From an uncultured delta proteobacterium (lineage in GTDB: Bacteria > Myxococcota > Myxococcia > Myxococcales > Anaeromyxobacteraceae), in contig CAVYBH010000013.1 in the NCBI GenBank assembly GCA_963766715.1, forward strand, positions 64,001-128,000: a DNA stretch of 64,000 bases, given 5' to 3'. The notes beneath the pieces were generated by a model. That model made no database searches. It had not been told where the DNA came from and worked only from the letters and a program-made list of their open reading frames with translations. A program made the position numbers and the translations under genes. This document shows positions 53,843 to 62,472 of this stretch, piece by piece; the first letter of the stretch is position 1, and every line of letters starts with the position of its first letter.

Positions 53843-54394
53843 CTATCGCGCCAGCACCTCGGCCAGCATCTTCCTCGCCGCGTGAAGGCGAGACCAGACC
53901 GTGCCTTCCGGGATGCCCAGGACGTCGGCGATCTCCCGGTGCGAGAGCCCCTCCACCGCGAACAGGGCGAGCACGGCGCGCGGCCCAGCGGGCAGGCGGC
54001 CCACCGCCTCTCCGATGCGACGCGCCTCGTCCCGGGAGGCCATCTCGCCCTCGCCCCCGCCGCCGGGAGTCTCGGGGTCGAGCGGCTGCCCCTCGCGCCG
54101 CCGGGCCCGGGTCCGGAAGGCCGCCCGGAGCGCGATGCGGTAGACCCAGGTCGTGAGCCGGGACGCGCCGCGGAATCCGGGCAATCCCTGGTGCACGGCC
54201 ACGAAGACCTCCTGCACCGCGTCCTCCGCGTCGGCGCGGCGCCCGGTGAGGTGGAGGCACAGGGCGTGGAGCGGCTCCCGGAGCTCGCGGAAGACCCGTT
54301 CCGTGGCCTGCCTGCGCGCGGCTCCGCCGGCCCTCACTCCCGCGAGGATCTCCGCCTCGGTGGCGGGCGAGAGGTCGGCGAGGCGGATCGTCAC
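53843..54394 (-). CDS. ECF RNA polymerase sigma factor
   Basis: DAEDAVQEVF, FRGASRLTTWVYRIA, EGLSHREIADVLGIPEGTVWSRL; GTG start overlaps the anti-sigma TGA. Confidence 0.9.
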   Translation of the reverse strand: MTIRLADLSPATEAEILAGVRAGGAARRQATERVFRELREPLHALCLHLTGRRADAEDAVQEVFVAVHQGLPGFRGASRLTTWVYRIALRAAFRTRARRREGQPLDPETPGGGGEGEMASRDEARRIGEAVGRLPAGPRAVLALFAVEGLSHREIADVLGIPEGTVWSRLHAARKMLAEVLAR

Positions 54395-55081
54395 GCGCGC
54401 GGGCCGGCTCCGGCGGCGAGCCCCAGGTCGCGGGCCTCCCGCTCGGCGCGGGGGACCTTCACCCGTCGCAGGTAGAGCCAGGCGGCGGCGAGTGGCAGGC
54501 CGAGTCCACCGTAGTAGACGGCGGGATCGAAGGAGCCCGCCCTCCCGGTGAGCGCCTTGTAGAGGAAGAAGGCCACCAGCGCCGCGATGGCCCACTGCAT
54601 CCGCCGCGCCCAGGCGAGGTTCGCCGTCACCATCTGCCGATAGGTCTCGAGCATCTCTCCCTGGTCGACGAGCGCGAGGAGGCGGCGCGACGAGTACCCC
54701 GCCACGAGCGCGACCAGCACGACCACGATGCCCATGGCCGGAAGCACCCGGAGCAATCCGCTCGGCCCGCAGCGCCGCCGGGGTGGAGATCCAGACCACG
54801 CCTGCGAGCCACGCAGCGGCGAGGACCGCGCCCATCAGCATGCGAAGGGAGCTCTGGACGCCTCCGCGGATGCCGCGCTCCACCCGTCCCCAGTCGACCT
54901 GCTCGACCGCTGCCCTCGCCTCGGTTCCCATGCGTGCCTCCGTCCGGCGCGCCGCGGCCTCGTAGGCCCGGCAACGCTCGCAGCGGGCGAGGTGCTCCTC
55001 GAGCGGGAGGCGCTCGGGGTCCCCGAGCGCACCGTGGAGCCGCTTCTCGATGGCGATCTCGAACTCTTCGCAGCCGGCCAT
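54391..55081 (-). CDS. Membrane anti-sigma factor with zf-HC2 domain; frameshift near 54757
   Basis: C...EEHLARCERC (HxxxCxxC) followed by about four TM segments. Confidence 0.82.
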
Positions 55082-55180
55082 CTCCACCTCGCCTTCGCAC
55101 CCTTCGTGCCGGAGGCCGGCGATACCTTCACCGCACGCCCCGAAAAGGGCAAGAGAGGCGGGGCCGTTTACCTAGCCGTG

Positions 55181-55218
55181 AAAAAGGAGAGGGGTCGAGC
55201 CTCTCGGTTCGACCCCTC
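55181..55218 (-). terminator. Intrinsic terminator after tRNA-Cys
   Basis: GAGGGGTCGA/TCGACCCCTC stem, then TTTTT on the minus strand. Confidence 0.75.
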
Positions 55219-55226
55219 GCGGATTC

Positions 55227-55301
55227 TGGAGGCTCCGCCCGGATTCGAACCGGGGAATAAAGGTTTTGCAGACCTTTGCCTTACCACTTGGCGACGGAGC
55301 C
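55227..55301 (-). tRNA. tRNA-Cys (GCA)
   Basis: GGCTCCGTCGCCAAGTGGTAAGGCAAAGGTCT-GCA-AAACCTTT...GGTTCGAATCC...CCTCCA. Confidence 0.97.
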
Positions 55302-55314
55302 GTCGTCGCCGGCG

Positions 55315-55343
55315 TTTGTAGCGGACGACCGACGCGGCGTCAA
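55315..55343 (-). promoter_or_regulatory. Sigma70 promoter of tRNA-Cys
   Basis: TTGACG-17 nt-TACAAA, same architecture as the tRNA-Gln promoter. Confidence 0.75.
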
Positions 55344-55852
55344 CGACCGGCGCCCCTCCCCTCGGCGCACGGACACCGCGGCCCTCGCGACCCGGACGCC
55401 GCGCGCCCGCAGCGCGGCGACCAGGGCCGGGAGCTCGGCCTCGGCCAGGGGAGACAGCCCCCGCACCGCCTGGATCTGGACCTCCACGCCGGCGCGGACC
55501 TGATCGATCCGGACCTCGAGGCTCGGGCCCATCCGGAGGGTCACCGAGGCCGCCTCGCCGGATTTCACCAAAAGTACGATACGGTCGATGGCCCTGGCCA
55601 GGAGCGGCGTCCCGGCGGCCCGCGACATCGACTCGGAGCGCCCCGGCGAGACGATCTCGGCGAGGAGGGCGTCGACCGACCGGAACGCCCGAGGGTCTGC
55701 CCGGGGGTCCTCCTGCGGGACCGGGGCCCGCGGGCGCTCGGGCCGGCCCCTCGCGCGGCCCGCTCGAGCGAACCCGTGAAACCCTCGCCCCGGCTCCCGC
55801 GCCCGTCCTGCGCGCCCGCCGCCCCGCCTCCCCGCGTCGTCTCGATGCGCAT
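55340..55852 (-). CDS. Hypothetical protein, possible FliK/SctP-like C-terminal domain; frameshifted
   Basis: Low-complexity N-terminus, then VTLRMGPSLEVRI..GVEVQI...ELPALVAALRARGVRV; boundaries uncertain. Confidence 0.45.
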
Positions 55853-55985
55853 CCGGGGACGGAGTGCAGGAGCGATGCCCGGCGCGCTCCCGCACCGGCA
55901 AGGCCGCGCCGCACCGGCTGCGTCCGCGGGGCGGCCCTCCCGGTCCGTTTCCCCTCCCCCGTGCCTGGTCTAGACTCGCGCCCCC

Positions 55986-57545
55986 ATGCGACGCGCGGCC
56001 CTCCTCCTCTTCCTGCTCGCCCTCTACCTGCCCGAGCTCGGCAACTCGGCGTCGGGCACGCACCCGGACGAGGCCTGGCACCTGGGAACGAGCGCCGAGA
56101 TGCAGGCCAAGGGCGCCTGGCTCACCCCCACCATCGACGACGCTCCCAACTGGTTCAAGCCCCCGCTCCTCTACTGGTCGGAGCGAGCGGCCTACTCGAT
56201 CCTGGGCACCAACCTCTTCGCCGCACGCCTTCCCTCGGCGCTCGCCTGGGTGGCGACGTGCATGCTGCTCTACGCGCTCGGCAGGCGCATGTACGGCGAG
56301 AAGGCCGGGATGGCCGCGGCCCTGCTCTCCGCCACGACCTTCGGGTGGGTGAAGTACGCGCGCCTCGCCATGATGGACGCGCCCATGGCGCTCGGGCTCA
56401 CGCTGGCCGCCTACGGGACCTGGCGGGCCGCGGAGGAGGACGACCCGCCCTGGCTGCTGGCGGTGGGCGCCGGCGCGGCGATCGACTTCCTCCTCAAGGG
56501 GCCGGTGGGCGCGGTGCTCGTGCTCCTGATCTCGGGAGGCTTCCTGCTGGTGAGGAACCGCCCGCTGCTCCTCTCGAGGTGGACGGCCTGGGCCTTCCTC
56601 CTGGGCGCCGCGGTGGGCCTGCCCTGGTACGTGGCCTCCTTCGCGGTCCACGGCCGCGCCTTCTACGACTTCTTCGTGCTCGAGCAGAACGTCGGCCGCT
56701 TCATGCACCCGTGGACGGTGAGGGGAGAGGCCACCCTTCTCCTCGGCTTCCTGATCTTCGCGCTCCCCTGGACCTTCCTCGTTCCTGGGCAGCCTGCGCG
56801 CCCTCCGGAGGTGGCGGGAGCCCGGCGTCCTCCTCCCGCTGGCGTGGGTGGCGGCGGTGCTCGTGACCTTCACGATCCCCTCGCTCAAGTGGCCGCACTA
56901 CGGGCTCACGGCCCTCCCCGGCGCATTCCTGCTCGCGGCCAGCGCCGCGCCCGCCCGCTGGGCGCGCGTGGCCACCGGCGTCGCGCTCGCCGTCCTCGCC
57001 ACGGCCGCGATCCTGCTGCTCCGCTGGCCGCTGCCCTGGGTCCCGGCGCTCGCGCTGGCCGGCGCGGCGCTGGCCTTCGGCACCTCCTCGGTCCTGGCCT
57101 TCGGGGGACGCCTCGCCCCGGCGGCGGCCGCGGCCGGGCTGGCCTTCGGGCTGTCGTGGGCCTCTTCGTGCCCGGGGTGAACCCGCCGGCCCTGCCGCCG
57201 GAGGCGGTCCCGGCGGCCGCCGGCCGGACACTGTGGGTGTACGACACCACGCCCGGCCTCTTCACGCTGGCCGCCGGGCGCCCCGTCCACCGCGCGTGGA
57301 ACGAGATCGAGGCCGAGGGGGCGCTCACGACGGGCGGCGCCCTCATCGCCTCCGAGTCACAGATCGCGCTCCTCTCCGCCGGGATCCGGAGCCACCTGGT
57401 GACCCTGGCCGGCTGGCGGAGGATTCCCGGCTACCTGCCCGAGGAGCGCGCCTGGCGATCCTGGCGCGACCGGAACCCCGCGGAGGTCTACGAGTCGATG
57501 TCGCTCGTCGCCCTGCCGCCCGCATCCGGGGCACCCCTCCGGTGA
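55986..57545 (+). CDS. ArnT/GT-C family membrane glycosyltransferase; compensating frameshifts near 56785 and 57160
   Basis: HPDEAWH..EM...WFKPPLLYW, AARLPSAL, MMDAP, LKGPVG; many TM segments. Confidence 0.85.
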   Translation: MRRAALLLFLLALYLPELGNSASGTHPDEAWHLGTSAEMQAKGAWLTPTIDDAPNWFKPPLLYWSERAAYSILGTNLFAARLPSALAWVATCMLLYALGRRMYGEKAGMAAALLSATTFGWVKYARLAMMDAPMALGLTLAAYGTWRAAEEDDPPWLLAVGAGAAIDFLLKGPVGAVLVLLISGGFLLVRNRPLLLSRWTAWAFLLGAAVGLPWYVASFAVHGRAFYDFFVLEQNVGRFMHPWTVRGEATLLLGFLIFALPWTFLVPGQPARPPEVAGARRPPPAGVGGGGARDLHDPLAQVAALRAHGPPRRIPARGQRRARPLGARGHRRRARRPRHGRDPAAPLAAALGPGARAGRRGAGLRHLLGPGLRGTPRPGGGRGRAGLRAVVGLFVPGVNPPALPPEAVPAAAGRTLWVYDTTPGLFTLAAGRPVHRAWNEIEAEGALTTGGALIASESQIALLSAGIRSHLVTLAGWRRIPGYLPEERAWRSWRDRNPAEVYESMSLVALPPASGAPLR

Positions 57546-57617
57546 CGGATCCCGGCGGGGTCTCGAAGACCCAAAAGGACCCTGTCACTCTCCCCGTGAA
57601 TTGATACACGTAGAGTC

Positions 57618-57827
57618 ATGGATCTGCTGACACGCTTCGCGACCAACGTTCGCCGCCTTCGCGAGAAGAAGAAGCTCTCCCAGAAGGCCCTCGCCGACAA
57701 GGTGGGGATCTCGGTGTCCTACGTGTCGATGCTGGAGCGCGGCCAGCGCTCGCCGCCGCTCGAGACCATCGAGAAGATGGCCAAGGCGCTCGGCGTCCCG
57801 CCCGCCTCGCTCCTGGCCGGCCGGTAG
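57618..57827 (+). CDS. XRE-family HTH regulator
   Basis: VRRLREKKKLSQKALADKVGISVSYVSMLERGQRSP. Confidence 0.92.
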   Translation: MDLLTRFATNVRRLREKKKLSQKALADKVGISVSYVSMLERGQRSPPLETIEKMAKALGVPPASLLAGR

Positions 57828-57891
57828 GAACGCGGTCGTCGCATCGCCCGGCGGCCGCCCCGGCCCGCCTCGCCCCTCCCCTGCCCGGCGC

Positions 57892-58414
57892 TCAGCGCCC
57901 CAGCGTCTTCGCGCCGGGGCGCCAGTCCACCGGGCACTTCTCCCCCGTCTGCAACGCCTCGAGGACGCGCAGCGTCTCCGACACCGACCGGCCGATGGCC
58001 GTGTTGTGGTAGCAGGCGTACTGCACGATGCCCTGCGGGTCGATGACGTAGGTCGCGCGCGTGGCGATCCCCTTGTCCTCCAGCAGCGCCCCGTAGTCGC
58101 GCGCGATCCGCTTGGTGATGTCGGCGACGAGCGGGATCTGCAGCTCGCCGAGGCCGTTCTCGATCCACGCCTTGTGCGAGTACTGGGAGTCGACGGAGCA
58201 CCCCAGCACCTGCGCGCCCAGGGCCTCGAACTCCCGCGATCGCTTGGAGAACTCCAGGATCTCGGTGGGGCAGACGAAGGTGAAGTCGAGCGGGTAGAAG
58301 AAGAGCACCACCCATTTGCCCGCGGTAGGCGGAGAGGGAGACCTCCACCAGCTCGCCCTTCCCGGTGGCGGCGGGTGCGGTGAAATCGGGGGCCTTCTCG
58401 AGCACGGTGACCAT
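57892..58414 (-). CDS. ahpC: 2-Cys peroxiredoxin; frameshift near 58320
   Basis: APDF, FFYPLDFTFVCPTEI, GRSVSETLRVLEALQ, CPVDW. Confidence 0.92.
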
Positions 58415-58465
58415 GCGAACCTCCTCGGTCGGGGGCCGCTCGCATAGCCGGGAACCGGCGACGGA

Positions 58466-59203
58466 TCAACGTCCGCTGGCCTGGACCTCGCCGGGCGGCG
58501 TCGCGCCCGCCTTGACCGAGCGCGACGTGTCGATCGCCTCCTCGGCGAGCTGGAGGGTGCGGGCCATGGCGCGCCGCGCCGCCTCCTGGTCACTGACGGT
58601 GAGCGCGTAGCGCGGGAGCATGCGGCGTCCGAAGTCGAGGTGGCGGGCCTCGTCGGGACCGATCACCTCGCGGCAGATCCGCGCCGTCTCGGCGTCGCCG
58701 CGCGACGCGCTCAGCTCGGCGAGCAGGCCGTTGCGCAGCCGGCCCACCCCTTCGCGCACGATGCCGGCGGCCAGCCGCTCGGCCGGCGTCTGGAGCCCGC
58801 GGAGGTACCGGAACGCAGGGCTGTGCGCCCGCGTGCGCGGGTCGGCGGTGGGGTCGCCTCCCAGCTCCCGGATCCGGTCGGCCATGAGACGGAAGTGGCT
58901 GGCCTCGTCTCCCACCTGGAGGGCCAGCCCCAGCTTGAGCTCGAGATCCGGCTCGTCGGTCATCCAGAGGGCCGCGACCTCGGCCGCCTCGATCTCGTCC
59001 CGGAGCGCCGTGGAGAGGAGCTCCAGGACCGGGAAGGCCGGCGGGAGCGCGGCGCGGGCCTGCTCGCCCAGGCGCGCGAGGGAGCGCAGGAGATCCCGGT
59101 CCATCTCCACCACGAAGCCGGCGGGGTCGAGCGCGACGCCGCGCGCATGCGAGGAACCCTCGGGGTCCACGGGCGAGGCGAGCGGGATGGCCGGGGCGCG
59201 CAT
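58466..59203 (-). CDS. Ferritin-like di-iron carboxylate protein
   Basis: EIEAAE...DEASH...E...DEARH, two ExxH motifs; start uncertain. Confidence 0.78.
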   Translation of the reverse strand: MRAPAIPLASPVDPEGSSHARGVALDPAGFVVEMDRDLLRSLARLGEQARAALPPAFPVLELLSTALRDEIEAAEVAALWMTDEPDLELKLGLALQVGDEASHFRLMADRIRELGGDPTADPRTRAHSPAFRYLRGLQTPAERLAAGIVREGVGRLRNGLLAELSASRGDAETARICREVIGPDEARHLDFGRRMLPRYALTVSDQEAARRAMARTLQLAEEAIDTSRSVKAGATPPGEVQASGR

Positions 59204-59287
59204 GACCTATACCCATACAGGGACCTGTGCGGCGCGGTAGTCCCTCGTGCGGGGGGACCCCCATCCGTCCACCCGGGACGCCCTGCG

Positions 59288-59776
59288 TCAGCGGGGCAGG
59301 CGGGGGGGACGCGAGGCCAGCCGGCGGGCCCGGCGCGCATGGGCCTCGCGCTCCCGCGCGAGCTCCTCGTCGGAGGACGCGAGCACCTGGGGAACCGCCG
59401 CGGGCCGGTTGTCCTTGCCGAGGGACACGAAGGTCAGGAAGCCGTCGCAGCACCGGCGGCGGACGCCCGTGTCGGGGTCCTCGTCGAAGACCTCCACCTC
59501 CACCTCCATGGACGATCCGAAGGCGGCGTTCACGCGTGCCGTGAGGATGGCGACGTGGCCGAGCCGGACCGGAGCCTGGAAGGTGAGCTCGTCCATGGCG
59601 GCGGTGACGACCGGGGTCCGGGCGTGCCGCCGCGCGGCCATGGCGCCCGCCAGGTCCATCCACTGCACGATGCGTCCGCCGAAGACGGTGCCGAGGTTGT
59701 TCGCGTCGGTGGGCATGGCGAGCTCGGTCATCTCGACCCGGCTCTCCGAAACGGGCTTGCGGGGCACGTCGGTCAT
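59288..59776 (-). CDS. Hot-dog acyl-CoA thioesterase (YciA-like)
   Basis: DANNLGTVFGG..MD, VVTA, SSMEV, FVSL. Confidence 0.9.
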   Translation of the reverse strand: MTDVPRKPVSESRVEMTELAMPTDANNLGTVFGGRIVQWMDLAGAMAARRHARTPVVTAAMDELTFQAPVRLGHVAILTARVNAAFGSSMEVEVEVFDEDPDTGVRRRCCDGFLTFVSLGKDNRPAAVPQVLASSDEELAREREAHARRARRLASRPPRLPR

Positions 59777-59853
59777 CCGGCCAATGTAGCGTGGATCCGG
59801 GGGTTCGCCGCGCCCCCCTTCCCGGCAGGTGCCGGGGAATGTTATCGGGGCGC

Positions 59854-60672
59854 ATGCCGCTCGAGGTCATCCTCATCGACTGGGCCCGCGACCCGCTCCA
59901 GAAGCTCTACGGCGCCTACCGCACCTGCTACAGCCCCAAGACCCCTGGCGAGGTCTGGAGCGAGATCCACGACGGGACCATCTCGCCGGAGAAGATCCGC
60001 GGCTTCATCGCCGAGCGGCTCAAGACCGGCCACGCCTCGCCCCTCGAGCAGGTGGTGTTCTGGTTCGGCATCAGCGGCGTGTCGCGCTCCCTCTCCCACC
60101 AGTTCGTGCGCCACCGCATCGGGATCAGCTTCGAGCAGCAGTCGCAGCGGTACGTGAAGTTCAAGGAGGACCGGCTCGAGTACGTTCGCCCGCGGACCTG
60201 GGACAAGGCGGGCCTCGGCGACGAGTACGACCGGCTCATGGCCGAGGTGACGAGGGTCTACCTCCGCGCGCTCGAGAAGGGCATCCCGGCGGAGGACGCC
60301 CGCTTCGTCCTCCCCAACGCCGCGCCCACCAACTTCCAGGTGATGGTGAACTTCACGGAGCTCCTGCACATCGCCGACCTCCGGCTGTGCTGGCGCGCGC
60401 AGTGGGAGATCCGGCACATGGTGGCGCTCATGCGGCGGGAGGTCGTGAAGGCGGTTCCCGAGCTGGGTGGCCAGCTGCAGCCCAAGTGCGGCGACCGGCG
60501 CATGGGCTACTGCGACGAGCCGCTCGACGAGTGGAAGCGCTGCCCCATCGGCAAGGTGCGTCCCCACAAGGAGCAGCTCTTCGAGATCCTCGAGCAGCAC
60601 CGGCACGGCTCGGCGGTTCCGCTCACCGAGAAGGACATCCGCGAGGTCGAGGACGCGGGCAACGAGGGCTGA
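59854..60672 (+). CDS. thyX: Flavin-dependent thymidylate synthase
   Basis: GHASPLE, SHQFVRHRIGISFEQQSQRY (RHRx7S), EDARFVLP, AQWEIR. Confidence 0.95.
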   Translation: MPLEVILIDWARDPLQKLYGAYRTCYSPKTPGEVWSEIHDGTISPEKIRGFIAERLKTGHASPLEQVVFWFGISGVSRSLSHQFVRHRIGISFEQQSQRYVKFKEDRLEYVRPRTWDKAGLGDEYDRLMAEVTRVYLRALEKGIPAEDARFVLPNAAPTNFQVMVNFTELLHIADLRLCWRAQWEIRHMVALMRREVVKAVPELGGQLQPKCGDRRMGYCDEPLDEWKRCPIGKVRPHKEQLFEILEQHRHGSAVPLTEKDIREVEDAGNEG

Positions 60673-60958
60673 CCTCCACCTTCCGGGTGGGTCGAGGCCA
60701 CCCAGCAGATTTGCTTTCGCTCAAGTTCGGATTCTGCTAGAAGAGTCTGGTCCCTCCTGTTTTGGCGCTTGGGCGCAGCAGAAGGGATACACCGGTCAGC
60801 TCCCCGCTGGTCGTCGGACAAAGGGTCCGGCGCGCGGGTGAGTGGACCGAAAGCCGGTAGCCCGAAAAGAAGCCGCAACTGGTTCATTCCGGGAAACCGG
60901 TCCAGCAAACGGTGAAGGACGCCCGCGGTGAATCGAACCCGCGGCGCGCAGGGACCGC

Positions 60959-62338
60959 ATGACGGACAACGAAGAGACCCCGACACAGGGCGGCGACGCT
61001 TCCAGCGCCCCGCCTCCCCAGCCCTCGCAGGACCAGCAATCGGCCGCCAACCAGGGCGAGCCGGGTAACGGCGCACCCGGACAGGGAGGTCGCCGCCGCA
61101 GGCGCCGCCGGGGTCGCCGGGGCCGGGGCGGCCAGCCCGGCCAGCCGGGCGGCGCCCCGCCGCAGGGAGGCAACGTCGCTCCTCAGGGGGCCGGAAACGG
61201 CGCCGTCGCCGCCATGCCTCCGCCCCCGCAGGGGCAGCCGGAGGTCATGGAGGAGGTCGAGGGGGTGCTCGACTTCGAGGGCAAGGGGCAGGGCTGGCTC
61301 CGCGACCCCAAGCGCAGCTACATCCCCCAGAGCTTCGACGTCGAGGTGCCGCGCTGGCTCATCGACCGCATGCACCTGCAGCCCGGCCACCTCGTGAAGG
61401 GGCAGGCCGCGGTGAGGGGCGTGAAGCGGATCCTCCAGAAGGTGGATCTGCTCGAGGGTACGGAGCCGCTCGCCGTCGTGCGGCGCACCGCCTTCACCAA
61501 CCTGACCGCGACCGATCCGACCGAGCGGCTGGTCATGGAGACCCGCCCCGACGAGATGGTCGGCCGGGTCCTCGACCTCGTCTCCCCCATCGGCCTGGGC
61601 GCCCGCGCCCTCATCACCTCGCCTCCCAAGGCCGGCAAGACCATCATGCTGCAGCGGATCGCCCAGGCGATCCACGCCAGCCGTCCGGACGTGCACCTCA
61701 TCGTGCTGCTCGTCGACGAGCGCCCCGAGGAGCTCACCGACATGCGCCGCAACGTGAAGGGCGAGGTCTGCGGCTCCTCCAACGACCGTCCGGCCGAGGA
61801 GCACATCCACACCGCCGAGATGGCCATGGAGCGGGCCAAGCGCCTCGTCGAGGGGGGCAAGGACGTCGTCATCCTGCTCGACTCGATCACCCGGCTCGCG
61901 CGCGCCTACAACCGCGAGATCGAGTCGTCGGGCCGCACCTTGACGGGCGGCGTCGACAGTCGCGCGCTGGAGCGCCCCAAGCGACTCTTCGGCTCGGCTC
62001 GCAAGGCCGAGGAGGGCGGCTCGCTCACCATCATCGCCACGGCGCTCATCGACACCGGCAGCCGGATGGACGAGGTGATCTTCGAGGAGTTCAAGGGCAC
62101 CGGCAACATGGAGGTGGTCCTCTCCCGGCAGCTGGCGGAGCGGCGCATCTTCCCGGCCATCGACATCGGCGCGTCCGGCACCCGCAAGGAGGAGAAGCTC
62201 TTCTCCGGCAAGCAGATCGAGAAGATCCGCAAGCTCCGCGGGGCGCTGGCCTCGCTGAAGCCGGTGGAGGCGATGGAGCGGCTCCTGAAGAAGCTGACCG
62301 AGTTCGAGTCGAACGACGACTTCCTGAACAGCTTCTGA
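60959..62338 (+). CDS. rho: Transcription termination factor Rho with disordered N-terminus
   Basis: PIGLGARALITSPPKAGKT, DERPEE, DSITRLARAYN, GGVD, EEFKGTGNME, SGTRKEE. Confidence 0.95.
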   Translation: MTDNEETPTQGGDASSAPPPQPSQDQQSAANQGEPGNGAPGQGGRRRRRRRGRRGRGGQPGQPGGAPPQGGNVAPQGAGNGAVAAMPPPPQGQPEVMEEVEGVLDFEGKGQGWLRDPKRSYIPQSFDVEVPRWLIDRMHLQPGHLVKGQAAVRGVKRILQKVDLLEGTEPLAVVRRTAFTNLTATDPTERLVMETRPDEMVGRVLDLVSPIGLGARALITSPPKAGKTIMLQRIAQAIHASRPDVHLIVLLVDERPEELTDMRRNVKGEVCGSSNDRPAEEHIHTAEMAMERAKRLVEGGKDVVILLDSITRLARAYNREIESSGRTLTGGVDSRALERPKRLFGSARKAEEGGSLTIIATALIDTGSRMDEVIFEEFKGTGNMEVVLSRQLAERRIFPAIDIGASGTRKEEKLFSGKQIEKIRKLRGALASLKPVEAMERLLKKLTEFESNDDFLNSF

Positions 62339-62472
62339 CCCACCAGCCGGCCCGCCGGGGGCGCTCCGGAGACCATTCCGGGGTGCGCCTGTCGGCCGCG
62401 GGCTGGCGTCGGGGCGGCGAGGGGATATGATCCCCCTTTGCCGCCATCACCGGGAGGTAGGGAATTCCGCCG

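Noticed and set aside
53843..55087. 414-aa anti-sigma/sigma fusion protein
   Set aside because: The middle of the ORF is out-of-frame nonsense; a single indel near 54757 restores a separate TM anti-sigma ending at a GTGA overlap with the sigma start
46775..58414. Selenocysteine recoding in redox proteins (TrxC, Mo-oxidoreductase, AhpC)
   Set aside because: The catalytic positions are ordinary Cys codons; the breaks are indels, not in-frame TGA
60749..60956. 6S RNA, SRP RNA or c-di-GMP-I riboswitch upstream of rho
   Set aside because: I could not match their diagnostic motifs by eye; kept only as an unclassified structured leader
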